Shown piece by piece: positions 10,807-20,794 of a stretch of DNA of 64,000 nt. Position numbers and translations under genes: made by a program. The notes under the pieces were generated by a model. It made no database searches and was not told the DNA's origin. It was given only the letters and a program-made list of their open reading frames with translations. Origin of the DNA: a virus (taxonomy: Duplodnaviria; Heunggongvirae; Uroviricota; Caudoviricetes); the IMG/VR virus record IMGVR_UViG_2576861193_000002, one strand, 5' to 3'. How positions within the stretch are numbered: position 1 is the first letter of the stretch; each line of letters starts with the position of its first letter.

Positions 10807-13800
10807 TTACCAAACACCAATAATAATTTTACCACCACTAGGAAGATTTACCGTAATGCCGTTATTGTTAATAATTACCCGTCCGTCACTATTGCGTACA
10901 TCGAAATTTTGATTGCCTTTAACAATGACGTTACCCCTTACGGTGACTTCGTTGAATTGCGCCCATCCATCTTTGTTAATCATCCAACCTTTTGAGTCTT
11001 GAACAAATACGGTTGACTGGATTTGCTGCGCTATTTTTGCAGTACCGATAGATCCGTCTTTAATAAACGCTTCTTTAACATACATTGCATCATTGGTGGT
11101 ATAGAAAGGTGATGTGTATGTGCCGTTTGCTGCGGTCATCAACACGAAGCGGTCAACGAGGAAAATACACTGCGATTGAACGTTAGTGCCGCTACCAGTC
11201 AGCCCAAGAGACATACCTGTTGCATACTTCATGCCGTTGTTGTCGGTTGCCAGCTTGATAGAGTACGTCGCATCAACATTACCTTTGAAGTCGGTTAACG
11301 CTTTCGACGTCGTCTGTATCGCTGTTGTGTTCCCGTTAACGGTCACTGTTAGCTGATCGATTTTGCTTGATAATGCCTCGTCAGCCGTCGCCATTGCCTG
11401 CGACCATTCTGTAATATTTGAGTTTACAGAATCGAAAGACGCTGAGATCTGGCCAAATTTTTCCGCGCTTGATGCTTCATGCGTAGAAAGTGCCGTTGAC
11501 ACCTCTGATACCTTCGAATTAATCGTACTGGTAAGCGATGAGTTAAGACTACTGATTGCGTCAGTACGGGCCTTCGTTTCGTCTGCAATAGCCTTATCAA
11601 TACGGGTTACGTTACTTGTCACCTTACTATCAAGCGTGGAAATTGATGCGTTCACTCCGCTGATAGCCTGGGCGCGGGCGCTTGATTCGTCGGCAATAGC
11701 CTGATCCAGCCTGCTAACTTCAGATTCAGTGTTGTTTTCAAGCGTGCTAATACTTGCATTCACTCCACTGATAGCTTCAGTTCTTGCGCTTGTCTCATCT
11801 GCAATGGCTTTATCAAGACGGCTTATTCTTGAATCCGTTTTCTTGTCTAGCGCTGACACTGAGGCATTTACTCCGCTGATAGCCTCGCTGCGTGCGCTGG
11901 TTTCGTCTGCAATTGCCCTATCAAGGCGGTTGACGCTTGCTTCCGTCTTCCTATCAAGATCGGTGATCGATGCGTTTACGGAGCTAATGGCTTCCGCTGT
12001 GGCTTTTTTCTCCTCTGCTATAACATTGTCAATACGGTCAATTTGCGCGTTGGTTTCTTTGCGGCCTTTCTTGTATTGGGCCGTGAGAGTAACCCGCGTG
12101 TTGGTTTGAGCAATAGAGTTGTTGATAAGTGCGATTGAGGCGTTTTGCAGACTTGCTTTAGTCTGATTTATTTCGTCGCTGTTTTTGTCAACGTTATTTT
12201 CAACAGTGCCAAGCTCCGCGCTGATGCCCGATATTGCCTGTGCACGGGCGCTTGATTCATCTGCAATTGCCTGATCAAGACGTTTAACGCTGGCGTTTGT
12301 GCTATTTTCAAGCGTTGTTAAATCAGCTTTAACCTCTGTTATTGCGGCGCTTCTTGCCTGCGTTTCATCTGATATTGCTTTATCAAGACGGGAAACGCTC
12401 GCGTCAGTTTTGCTTTCAAGATTGCTTATTGAGGCGTTAACGTCGCTAATGGCCTGGGTGCGGGCACTGGTTTCATCTGCAACCGCTTGATCCAGTCTGC
12501 TTACTTCTGATTCTGTATTGTTTTCAAGTGTGCTAATACTTGCATTCACGCTACTGATAGCGTCTGTGCGTGCTTTTGTTTCGTCTGCTATCGCTTTATC
12601 AATGCGGTTAATGTTGCTTGTAACTTTGCCGTCAAGCGTGGAAATTGAGGTATTCACGCCGCTGATGGCTTCAGTTCTTGCACTGGTTTCATCTGCAATT
12701 GCCTGATCCAAGCGTTTTACGCTGGCGTCAGTTTTCTTGTCTAGCGTTGAAATACTTGCATTTACGTCGCTGATGGCTTGAGTCCGCGCGCTAGTCTCGT
12801 CAGCGATTGCTTGATCAAGGCGGTTAACGCTTGCGTCAGTTTTCTTATCAAGATTGCTTATTGAAGCGTTTACACCGTTAATAGCTTCAGCGCGGGCGCT
12901 GGCCTCGTCAGCTACTGCGCGCTGCACGTTAGAAATCTGACCTTTAAGGTTGGAGTCCATCGTATTCATTTCTGCTGTGATGGTTTCCAGTGATTCCGCT
13001 GTCGCTTTTTTCTCTTCAGCGATAACGTTGTCAATGCGGTCGATTTCCGCTTTAGTCTCTGTCCTGCCTTTCTTGTACTGAGCGGTAAGAGTTACGCGCG
13101 TGTTTGTCTGTGCAAGTGAGTTATTAATAAGAGCAAGTGACGCGTTTTGCAGGCTTGCTTTTGCTTGCGCCAGTTCGCTGCCAACTTTTTCGCTGGACAC
13201 TTCTAATGAGTCAATTCTTGCCTCATGCTGTCCAATATCATCGGCGTTTTCCTCAACCTTTTTATAAAGATCTTCCGTTTCTTTTTTCAGTGTGTCCGTA
13301 TCAGCTTTTATGGCCCCTGTTTCTGTGATTAGGCCGTCCGTATCAATCCTCAAATCGTCAGTGATGTTTGTCAGGTTGTCCGTGTCAACCCTCAAATCGT
13401 CAGTGATGTTTGTCAGGTTATCAGTTGCAGTTTTGAGGTTGTCGGTAGCAGTTTTAAGGTCATTTGTAGCGCTTTCGATAAGATCAGCGCGGTCGCCAAG
13501 ATCTTTAATGTCGCTAATCATCCCCTTAAACTGTTCTGAATTAATTACGTCTTTTGTGACGTAGTCGCTAATTTCATCGAAGTTTTCAGTTGGTTTGCCT
13601 GATGCCTCAACGAAATCTGACACGCCAAAAGCGTTACGTGTACGAATATAAACGTAATAGGTGTGCCCCGTGTTCATGCCGCCAAAAGTCCACTGATAGC
13701 CGCGCCCGGTAAACTGCGCTGATGTGGTTACTTTTGATGGATCTGTGATCTGGTTTTCACCTGCGAAGTAAAATTCGTATGCTGTATCAGTGGTCAGGGT

Positions 13801-15990
13801 TGTTTTGCTAATCGGATACACTGTTGCCTGGAAAACACCAGGAACCCAATTAACGCCGACCGGGGCCGCTGGTGCACCAATAACCAGGTCCACAATACTT
13901 TCCGCACCCTTCATGCCAGTGTCATTACGCCCGCGAATACCAAGCGTGTAGCTGCCAGTATCAAGGCCATAAAACTCATAGCGGTAATTCGTTGTTTCAT
14001 AAGTTGCCACCACGCGGCCTTCGGCGTTATATACGCGTATTTCAAAGGTCAGGCGATGCGTTGTCGTCTGTGTTTCCCATGTAGCGCGACATTGAACAGT
14101 TTCAGAACCAACATTTAACACCTTCAGGTTTTCAATGTTCGGCACGCGGAAGTGATTAAGCGTGTCGTTGTTTACCTCAAAGATTGCGCCTTCATCGACT
14201 ACAGCCTGTTTATGTGGGTCATGCTGTGCTGCCTCGATGGTGTACACGCTGTTGTTTTCAGTTTCTGCTACGCTGATGATTCGGCACAGGACGGGTTTTG
14301 CTGCGTCAGTTGATACAGCAAAAACAGTTCCGTTACGAATCCACGCGGGGGCGGCTGCAAGGGTGATATTGTTTCCGTTAACTCCGGTGATCTGGTGTTT
14401 TTTAAACTTGCCATCACTATCAAGTAAACTAATGGTATCGCCTGCGGCGATGTATTCCGAATCAACCTTATCTACCGTTATCACCTTGCCATTATTCGCC
14501 ACGATACGACCGCCAAAACGAGCGCCTGCGCGGTTATTGTCGAGTATCTCGATAATATCCCCAGGGGTGAAGTGAATTGCGTCGCGGGCCATTTTAAACG
14601 TGAATTTTGATGGTTCGCGTTTTGCTGTTTCTATCAGCCACTTGCCAGCGCGGTATGCCTGCCCGCGTGAAGTGCAACCGAAAGCCTCTAGCGTGGTTTC
14701 GTTATAACCATCGCGGGCGATCAATTCATCATCTGCCACGTATTCTTTTGATTGCTCCCAACCGTTTTCCGGGTCAGTCCATGACACGATAACTGCGTTG
14801 TAAGATTCTGCACGGGCAATACTTGAACGAGTAAACGCGCCATCAACAACGTTAGCATTCGTGATGGTAGCAATTGGATCTTGCGGTGCATCAATCATCA
14901 CCGTAAGGCGCTGCCCATCCCATAACGCGATACCACGGAACATGCCTGCGATATTGTCCAGTAAGTCGCGGGCGCTCATTTGCTCAGTTATGTAAGCATT
15001 AAGCGTCATGCGAGGTTCAAAGCCGCCGTAACCGTCGTTTACCAACTGGTCGCAGTATTGAGAAAGCGTATATAATGCGCCGTCGTCAACATCAATGTAA
15101 CCAGCATGACGTGCAAGCCCGAAACGTTCATTTTTAACCAGATACCGGAATAGCCACGCAGGGTTATTGGTGTACGCTTTTTTAAATCCACCTAGCCATA
15201 AACCTGAATACGTGCGCGTTTCAGGGTTATAGTTGTCAGGCACATCAACAATCAGTCCGCGCAGATGATAGGTGCGGGTAGGTGTATCAGTATACTGGTC
15301 ATGGTCAATTACAGCACCAGCTACAGCGGTATGAGGGTAAGACAGGTTATCGTCGATTATTTCGCTGTAGCTACTCCACCGCGTATCATTACGAAGAAGA
15401 TCGCTTTTGCTGTCTGCTGTTACGCGACGAACGCGAATATCAAACGGCTTTTCATCCGGCGCTTTGATAATGTGAGCTTCCAGATATTCACCGCTTTGTT
15501 TACCGGGACCAATGTGTATACCTTTAACCGGCGACCACGTAGAAGATGATGACGGTTTAACATCAACCACCAACATAACGGATGTATTATATTGATTGCC
15601 CTCATCATCTGACTGAACAAGAGCATCAACGCCAAGATTTAACCTTACGCGGGTAACGTTTGGATCTGAAACAGTCCTTATTATTGGCGTGTCGTGAGTT
15701 ACCTTTGCGTTGACAATAACGGTTGATTCGATGGCATTAAAACCATTAATCGGCGATTGGTCAGCCGTGCCGTTGCGCCAGGCTATACTAATCCCAGGAA
15801 TTGATGTGTTTCCGTTTGCGTCAGTGATAGGCGTGTCATTAAGCATTACGTTGTTTAATGGCGCATTCTGGTTAACTACTCCAAAAATTGGTCCTTCACT
15901 TAGAATATCTAAAACCCGATAAAATTGTTTATGAAACAAATTATCATTAAGCAAAGTTGGTGTTTTTGCTTTACCGCCGCCACTAGACAT
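10807..15990 (-). CDS. central tail fibre / host specificity protein J-like with ~650-aa tandem-repeat coiled-coil insertion
   Basis: 1727 aa; N-terminal ~850 aa resembles lambda J as recalled (YHLRG..V.NYNP.TR.YSG.W.G); aa ~870-1520 are 29-30 aa repeats (SARTQAISDVNASISTLDKKTDASVNRLDQAIADET). Confidence 0.85.
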   Translation of the reverse strand: MSSGGGKAKTPTLLNDNLFHKQFYRVLDILSEGPIFGVVNQNAPLNNVMLNDTPITDANGNTSIPGISIAWRNGTADQSPINGFNAIESTVIVNAKVTHDTPIIRTVSDPNVTRVRLNLGVDALVQSDDEGNQYNTSVMLVVDVKPSSSSTWSPVKGIHIGPGKQSGEYLEAHIIKAPDEKPFDIRVRRVTADSKSDLLRNDTRWSSYSEIIDDNLSYPHTAVAGAVIDHDQYTDTPTRTYHLRGLIVDVPDNYNPETRTYSGLWLGGFKKAYTNNPAWLFRYLVKNERFGLARHAGYIDVDDGALYTLSQYCDQLVNDGYGGFEPRMTLNAYITEQMSARDLLDNIAGMFRGIALWDGQRLTVMIDAPQDPIATITNANVVDGAFTRSSIARAESYNAVIVSWTDPENGWEQSKEYVADDELIARDGYNETTLEAFGCTSRGQAYRAGKWLIETAKREPSKFTFKMARDAIHFTPGDIIEILDNNRAGARFGGRIVANNGKVITVDKVDSEYIAAGDTISLLDSDGKFKKHQITGVNGNNITLAAAPAWIRNGTVFAVSTDAAKPVLCRIISVAETENNSVYTIEAAQHDPHKQAVVDEGAIFEVNNDTLNHFRVPNIENLKVLNVGSETVQCRATWETQTTTHRLTFEIRVYNAEGRVVATYETTNYRYEFYGLDTGSYTLGIRGRNDTGMKGAESIVDLVIGAPAAPVGVNWVPGVFQATVYPISKTTLTTDTAYEFYFAGENQITDPSKVTTSAQFTGRGYQWTFGGMNTGHTYYVYIRTRNAFGVSDFVEASGKPTENFDEISDYVTKDVINSEQFKGMISDIKDLGDRADLIESATNDLKTATDNLKTATDNLTNITDDLRVDTDNLTNITDDLRIDTDGLITETGAIKADTDTLKKETEDLYKKVEENADDIGQHEARIDSLEVSSEKVGSELAQAKASLQNASLALINNSLAQTNTRVTLTAQYKKGRTETKAEIDRIDNVIAEEKKATAESLETITAEMNTMDSNLKGQISNVQRAVADEASARAEAINGVNASISNLDKKTDASVNRLDQAIADETSARTQAISDVNASISTLDKKTDASVKRLDQAIADETSARTEAISGVNTSISTLDGKVTSNINRIDKAIADETKARTDAISSVNASISTLENNTESEVSRLDQAVADETSARTQAISDVNASISNLESKTDASVSRLDKAISDETQARSAAITEVKADLTTLENSTNASVKRLDQAIADESSARAQAISGISAELGTVENNVDKNSDEINQTKASLQNASIALINNSIAQTNTRVTLTAQYKKGRKETNAQIDRIDNVIAEEKKATAEAISSVNASITDLDRKTEASVNRLDRAIADETSARSEAISGVNASVSALDKKTDSRISRLDKAIADETSARTEAISGVNASISTLENNTESEVSRLDQAIADESSARAQAISGVNASISTLDSKVTSNVTRIDKAIADETKARTDAISSLNSSLTSTINSKVSEVSTALSTHEASSAEKFGQISASFDSVNSNITEWSQAMATADEALSSKIDQLTVTVNGNTTAIQTTSKALTDFKGNVDATYSIKLATDNNGMKYATGMSLGLTGSGTNVQSQCIFLVDRFVLMTAANGTYTSPFYTTNDAMYVKEAFIKDGSIGTAKIAQQIQSTVFVQDSKGWMINKDGWAQFNEVTVRGNVIVKGNQNFDVRNSDGRVIINNNGITVNLPSGGKIIIGVW

Positions 15991-16549
15991 ATAGACCCCC
16001 TGTTTCGTGTAATTTCGTGTATCCTGCGCCAGCTTTATTTAGCTCTTCAATCATGAATGACCGCCACGCGACGGCGGCATTAATAGCCATTTCAAGTCCA
16101 CCGCACGCTATAACGCTAAATGATTTACTAACTCTTTTGTCGTTATCAGCGGTGATACGTGCTCTAATAGATCTCCCTTCTGCGTGCCAACATATCCCAA
16201 ATGGCAATCCGCTCTCCCTTGTCGCGCGACCTATGGTCATATTTCTGGCGTTACCTTTTTTATCTGTTACGCGTATGTTATTGAATTTATTATTAAGCCC
16301 ATTACCATCAATGTGATCGATGATCTCACTGCGTTTTAATTTTCTGCCACTGCATAATTCGTAAACAATCCGGTGAGCATAATAGCGACGGCCCTTCCAT
16401 GTGATTTTCCAGTACTTATTGCCGCTTTTTGCCGCTACTATTTTTCCTGCCGCATCGCCAGTCCTCGCCGTTCTGCTGTTAGCGGTGACTTTCCACCTTA
16501 AACATGAAGGAGAATCTTCATCATAAACAAACAATTCAGACCAGTTCAC
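15983..16549 (-). CDS. HNH homing endonuclease with AP2 DNA-binding domain
   Basis: 188 aa; EIIDHIDGNGLNNKFNN HNH motif; inserted between tail genes I and J. Confidence 0.8.
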   Translation of the reverse strand: MNWSELFVYDEDSPSCLRWKVTANSRTARTGDAAGKIVAAKSGNKYWKITWKGRRYYAHRIVYELCSGRKLKRSEIIDHIDGNGLNNKFNNIRVTDKKGNARNMTIGRATRESGLPFGICWHAEGRSIRARITADNDKRVSKSFSVIACGGLEMAINAAVAWRSFMIEELNKAGAGYTKLHETGGLYV

Positions 16550-16561
16550 TGTAACCCCCTA

Positions 16562-17092
16562 TTAACTTACAACGTCTAAGGCGTCTCTGTTGTTACTTGT
16601 ATCTATGCCTAACGATCCGACGTTTGAACCTATTTTCATTTCACCCAACAGGATCGGCACTGGCCTACCCTGGCCTACCTTGTTTTCAATGCTGGTGTAG
16701 GTGTTGTTAGATATGGTGTTATCTTGTGCGCTTTCTGCTGATGTCTTTATCTTCATATTGCGAGACATGAAGATCGAGAACGCAACACTAACAACCGAAA
16801 CACCGATCAAAATCCAGCCTACAACGCCAATTCCTGCAATACCACCTTCCACCACTGGCGCAACAATGACTGTAGTCCCATCCGGGTATTTACTGTTAAC
16901 CGCTGCTGGCGCGGTCTTTTCGTCATAATCTTTCCCGGCAATTCGTAAGCGCAATGGTGTGTTTAAAAACGCCTTCTTGAACTCCTGATTCTGTGCGGTC
17001 AATAAGCCAAGTCCCTGCGCTGGCGTATCAACGTTTAAACACACCTTGCCGTAATATCTTCGAAGATTGCCCGTAAATCTAAATTTGAGCAT
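16562..17092 (-). CDS. tail tip assembly protein I-like
   Basis: 176 aa; position after K-like gene; Gly-rich TM segment; start uncertain (overlaps K). Confidence 0.6.
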   Translation of the reverse strand: MLKFRFTGNLRRYYGKVCLNVDTPAQGLGLLTAQNQEFKKAFLNTPLRLRIAGKDYDEKTAPAAVNSKYPDGTTVIVAPVVEGGIAGIGVVGWILIGVSVVSVAFSIFMSRNMKIKTSAESAQDNTISNNTYTSIENKVGQGRPVPILLGEMKIGSNVGSLGIDTSNNRDALDVVS

Positions 17093-17766
17093 TTGTCAGA
17101 TCTCCATATTGAATGCGTTTGTCTAACATAAGCGGGCCGCATTTGCTCGCGGCGGCTTAATAGTCCGGCATTGTCATGATGCAAAACGGTGTTATCTCCC
17201 AGGTAAATCATCGCGTGACATGGGTCAGCACCCTTAAACGGCTGACGGATAATCACGTCACCCGGCTGAATGCTTTGCGCGTCAACCATGAAAAACCCGT
17301 TCAATGGCAGGTTTTTTATATACAGGTTTTCCCCACGCAGCCACCACCCATCGTGGCGTTCAAAGTCCGGTAGATCCACGCCGCAAAGGTGATAGGCGTC
17401 ACGGAAAAGCGAGTAGCAGTCTGTTTTACCGTGCTCAAATTTACGACCTAACAGGTGAGCTACAGGGCGGAACTTTCTTACCCTGCCACCGGAACATAAA
17501 AACCACGGCAGGCCGGAAATAACTTGCTGTTGTCGATCCCGTGCTGACAATACTAATGAATTGTCAGTATGGGAGTGAAAAACTGCAGTTATAACGCCTA
17601 ATTCGTCAGCTTTGATATAATCGTCAGGCGAGATTTTAAAGCTGTTGTGAGGCGTTTCAGACACGTTTAAGCATGGGTAAAAATAATCGTTATCTATCAC
17701 CAGCCCGCACACCTCCTCTTCCTGGTGGGCTGCTGCATAGCGAATCATTTTATCTTCAAGTGCCAT
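17035..17766 (-). CDS. tail tip assembly protein K-like (NlpC/P60 + JAB/MPN)
   Basis: Internal start MALEDK... of ORF 17035..17862; HSH..D motif and Cys/His peptidase signature. Confidence 0.75.
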   Translation of the reverse strand: MALEDKMIRYAAAHQEEEVCGLVIDNDYFYPCLNVSETPHNSFKISPDDYIKADELGVITAVFHSHTDNSLVLSARDRQQQVISGLPWFLCSGGRVRKFRPVAHLLGRKFEHGKTDCYSLFRDAYHLCGVDLPDFERHDGWWLRGENLYIKNLPLNGFFMVDAQSIQPGDVIIRQPFKGADPCHAMIYLGDNTVLHHDNAGLLSRREQMRPAYVRQTHSIWRSDKCSNLDLRAIFEDITARCV

Positions 17767-17768
17767 AA

Positions 17769-18473
17769 TTAACCCACCTTGCTCGATCCAGGAAAACATG
17801 AAATTGGTAACGGATTCGGGCGCGGAAAACGCAAACGGCAACCGCTTAGGCGGTGGCTGCATTTGTCCATCCTTGGATCGTTGGTTGATTCGTCTTTATC
17901 GGTAGCTACAGGGCCGCCACTATATCCGCAACCGTCGCCGCGATACTGCCACTGGCAAACGTCAGCGAGAATTGTGCGCCCAGGGATAACAGCTTTATCA
18001 GCATCAATTGGCGTTGACAGTTCATATTGCACCTGGTCGGCTGTTTCTTCGCTCATCGCCTCAACGACGTAAAAAGATACAGCCTCAATAGATGGATCTG
18101 CATCTGGGTTGCCGTTGGGGAAGTTGATAGCGTCCAGGTATTTTACTTCCACCTGGCGGCGCGTAACCTTCATTCCTCGAAGGTCGTTAAAATCGTTATT
18201 CATCCCAGTGATTAGCCCGCCAATGTTGGCTACTACCATTTGGGGGCGTGAGTAAACGCCTTCGTTTTTCATTTCGAAGCCAGTCGCCTCGATTGGGTAG
18301 CTGTTGTAGGCCACTCCCTTCCAGATAACCGGGCCGTAATAGCCATTCGCGCCGGAATGGAAGCGGATAATCTCGCCACCCAGGGGCGTGAGGTCTAATT
18401 CAAACAAGTCAATTACCGCACCGACTCCGGCATCCACGGAATCAATAATCATTTCTGTAGGTATGCTGCGCAT
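17769..18473 (-). CDS. minor tail protein L-like
   Basis: 234 aa; CQWQYRGDGCGYSG Cys cluster as in lambda L. Confidence 0.8.
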   Translation of the reverse strand: MRSIPTEMIIDSVDAGVGAVIDLFELDLTPLGGEIIRFHSGANGYYGPVIWKGVAYNSYPIEATGFEMKNEGVYSRPQMVVANIGGLITGMNNDFNDLRGMKVTRRQVEVKYLDAINFPNGNPDADPSIEAVSFYVVEAMSEETADQVQYELSTPIDADKAVIPGRTILADVCQWQYRGDGCGYSGGPVATDKDESTNDPRMDKCSHRLSGCRLRFPRPNPLPISCFPGSSKVG

Positions 18474-18525
18474 TTTATCACCTTGTAATTTGTGATCGAC
18501 GTCACGCTAAATCATACCAAAACGG

Positions 18526-18554
18526 TTGATAGCGCTTTTTACAATATGTATATT
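18526..18554 (+). promoter_or_regulatory. sigma70-like promoter for plus-strand moron cassette
   Basis: TTGATA-17 bp-TATATT; overlaps palindrome TACAATATgtATATTGTA. Confidence 0.4.
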
Positions 18555-18570
18555 GTACTCAAAAGGAAGC

Positions 18571-18756
18571 ATGGTTAACAAAATGGCGCGGAGGTGTGAG
18601 ATGGTTGATAAGGTGTGGAGGTTGAAGGTATTCCTGGCGGATGGCAGGGAAATGACTGTAGCTCTGTATAAGGATGAAGGCGAGGCACTTACTGACGCGC
18701 TTTTACTCGCTGAAGACGAACGCGTTTTGGGGTACAGGATCGAACCCGTCAAATGA
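18571..18756 (+). CDS. moron hypothetical protein
   Basis: Internal Met of ORF 18526..18756; alternative start 18583. Confidence 0.4.
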   Translation: MVNKMARRCEMVDKVWRLKVFLADGREMTVALYKDEGEALTDALLLAEDERVLGYRIEPVK

Positions 18757-18768
18757 GGGTTTAACAAA

Positions 18769-19119
18769 ATGCAAAAATACAGCTTAGATGTGTGGACTGA
18801 TAAATGTGAATGGGAATGCATGGGCCTATTTGACACATATGCTGCGGCGCGTGATGAAGGTCGCGAATTACTTCTCTGTTGGTCTAACGCTCGTGATTTT
18901 GATATTACTCCGGTCCAAGTACCGGATAAGGTGGAAGAGATGAACCCTAAAGATATTGATGTTAGCTTCAATGTTAACTTTGCTGACTCTATGGATCAGT
19001 CTTGCCCTGGTGAAATACACGCAAAAGGTTTCCCCGCTGACGATCCAGAAGCAAAACGCGAATACGAAAAAGCGGCAAAAGATTTCTGTATCGACAATTT
19101 GTCTGCGTTCGATAAATAA
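18769..19119 (+). CDS. moron hypothetical protein (116 aa, acidic)
   Basis: ORF with GAGGG RBS; no recognised domain. Confidence 0.5.
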   Translation: MQKYSLDVWTDKCEWECMGLFDTYAAARDEGRELLLCWSNARDFDITPVQVPDKVEEMNPKDIDVSFNVNFADSMDQSCPGEIHAKGFPADDPEAKREYEKAAKDFCIDNLSAFDK

Positions 19120-19128
19120 GGCGGCAAC

Positions 19129-19377
19129 ATGGGGCGGCGCAATCACGGTGATTATGTGTACACGTTGAAACAGGCCGCCCGCCTCATCGGTTATCATGAG
19201 CACGAATTTATTGATTTGCTGATCGAGCGCGGGATTTTGTATCAGGTTTGTTTAACGCTGTACCCGAAAGCTAAGTACCTACAAGAAAAGTTATTCATCA
19301 TTATGACGGATGAAAACCAGGTCAATCACTCATTCGTCACTGATAAAGGCGTTAATTATCTGCGTGATAACTTATAG
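19129..19377 (+). CDS. moron hypothetical protein, possible HTH
   Basis: 82 aa; YTLKQAARLIGYHEHEFIDLLIERGIL helix-turn-helix-like. Confidence 0.45.
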   Translation: MGRRNHGDYVYTLKQAARLIGYHEHEFIDLLIERGILYQVCLTLYPKAKYLQEKLFIIMTDENQVNHSFVTDKGVNYLRDNL

Positions 19378-19530
19378 GTGACAGATTATAAAATAGAAGT
19401 TTTGGCGCTAATAATAATGGGACTGATAGTATTTGGCGTTCACGCTGTCGATTGGGACTGGGCGGCGATAGCCAATAACATGGCGCACGCTCACCCAATG
19501 AGTTTGATGTACATTAACTACTGACAAGAA

Positions 19531-19560
19531 AAACCCCGCACGAAGCGGGGTTGTTTTTAT
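19531..19560. terminator. bidirectional rho-independent terminator closing moron cassette
   Basis: AAAAACCCCGCacgaaGCGGGGTTGTTTTTAT: GC hairpin with A-run 5' and T-run 3'. Confidence 0.6.
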
Positions 19561-19754
19561 ACATCATCAACCAAAAATAAAACTTCCTTCCCTTCCCTGG
19601 ATCTGCACCCCACGTACCCATCACCCATATCATGTAGATACCAGGTATCGCCATTGTCAGCCTTTACAGTAAGGTCGTTGATCTCGTAGTCGTCAAATAA
19701 TGTAAAAGCGTCAGTTTTGTCCACTACACAAGTCCCGTACATATTAACCCCCAC
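19557..19754 (-). CDS. hypothetical small protein downstream of M
   Basis: 65 aa; start overlaps M stop; stop lies in terminator. Confidence 0.35.
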   Translation of the reverse strand: MGVNMYGTCVVDKTDAFTLFDDYEINDLTVKADNGDTWYLHDMGDGYVGCRSREGKEVLFLVDDV

Positions 19755-20107
19755 TAGCTGACAACTTGCTCAAATGTTGCGTTTAGCGTGTATACAGGCC
19801 CGTCCTTTGTCATACTCCAGCTACGGCAAACAAAAAGCCTTTGCACGCCATCCATAGACGGCGACCAGTAAAAAGCCTCGACAGCGCCGCGCGCCCTCAA
19901 GAATGCTTCTGCCTGGATCGCTACGTTCCCACCATCACCGCATCCTGCACTACTGCCTTTAAAGACCAGGGTGTAGCTATCAAGCAACGTGTTAATCCCT
20001 TTCGCCTGGCGCTGTTCATAACCATCACCAAGTTTAATGACAGATACGTTTGGTTCCCTGGTCACGCTGTAGCTTCTTTGCGGCGTCCATCTGAAAACTT
20101 CTGGCAT
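19754..20107 (-). CDS. minor tail protein M-like
   Basis: 117 aa; C-terminal ...TFEQVVS resembles lambda M ...EFEQVVN as recalled. Confidence 0.75.
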   Translation of the reverse strand: MPEVFRWTPQRSYSVTREPNVSVIKLGDGYEQRQAKGINTLLDSYTLVFKGSSAGCGDGGNVAIQAEAFLRARGAVEAFYWSPSMDGVQRLFVCRSWSMTKDGPVYTLNATFEQVVS

Positions 20108-20140
20108 GATTCCCCCTATAAGTTACATATTGCATACATC

Positions 20141-20181
20141 TTTACGCGCTTCTACGCGAAAAATGAGAAATTCATCACAAG
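20141..20181. repeat. conserved ~40-bp element (copy 1) upstream of M
   Basis: TTTACGCGcttCTACGCGAAAAATgAGAAAtTC; second copy at 32856-32893 upstream of portal. Confidence 0.5.
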
Positions 20182-20276
20182 AATTATAACCAGTTTACAA
20201 AATGGCTTCACATAAGGCGTGACAAGATGTATATAGTAAGCAAGAAGAAAAAGCAGTACCGACAAAGGGGGGCAAT

Positions 20277-20432
20277 ATGGAACGCTATGTGGTTGTGATG
20301 CTGAACAAAGCATTCGAACAGGTGGAAGTTGCGATTGTGAAGGGCTTTGATGATGCATTCAAATACGGTCAATTTATGATGAATGCGAAGGAAAATGAGT
20401 ACCGTGATTTCTTCCTAAAAGTAGTCAACTGA
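20277..20432 (+). CDS. small hypothetical protein (51 aa)
   Basis: AAGGGGGG RBS then ATG; MERYVVVMLNKAFEQ...; coordinates approximate. Confidence 0.3.
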   Translation: MERYVVVMLNKAFEQVEVAIVKGFDDAFKYGQFMMNAKENEYRDFFLKVVN

Positions 20433-20452
20433 TTGATTGCGTGGGGTGAGTT

Positions 20453-20707
20453 ATGAAATTGGTAATGATTGGCAAAAACCTGAAAGCTCAGAAAAACGCG
20501 CCGGAACATGTAGTTAAAAAAGCAAAGGAACTTTTGAACGCGTTTTTAAACAAGAATGCGTCACCCAAAAAATTGAAAGACGGTTACGGCTACGCCTTCC
20601 GCGCCAATTTAGACTGGCGAGTCTATAGCCAGGATCTGAAGGAGTGGGTGATTGTTGAACACCATAAATTCAATGAATTGTCTGGCGTTCGCGGTTGCCA
20701 TAAGTAA
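20453..20707 (+). CDS. hypothetical basic protein (84 aa)
   Basis: GGGGTGAG RBS; MKLVMIGKNLKAQKNAPEHVVKKAKELLNAF... Confidence 0.5.
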   Translation: MKLVMIGKNLKAQKNAPEHVVKKAKELLNAFLNKNASPKKLKDGYGYAFRANLDWRVYSQDLKEWVIVEHHKFNELSGVRGCHK

Positions 20708-20794
20708 GGCGGGATATGGATGACGATAAATTCACCCGGCGGGAGATCTGGAATATTTAGTTGGTGATTTTCGTGAGGGGATATATCTCGCGGA

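Noticed and set aside
11400-13560. Tandem direct repeats that could be mistaken for a CRISPR array or VNTR
   Set aside because: Repeats are ~87-90 bp, in frame, with no spacer-like unique inserts or cas genes; they are protein-coding.
11363-13564. Plus-strand ORFs of 60-137 aa (e.g. 11363..11704, 11729..12109, 13292..13564) antisense to the J-like gene
   Set aside because: They lie within the repeat region of a clearly coding 1727-aa gene and are low-complexity Ala/Ser/Leu-rich mirror translations; antisense artefacts.
18725-18745. GGATCGAACCC resembling a tRNA T-arm
   Set aside because: Isolated motif inside a coding ORF with no acceptor, D or anticodon arms; no tRNA found by eye anywhere in the window.
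18507-18971. Minus-strand 154-aa Ser-rich ORF
   Set aside because: Overlaps the plus-strand moron genes, which have a promoter, RBSs and a terminator; no RBS; antisense artefact.
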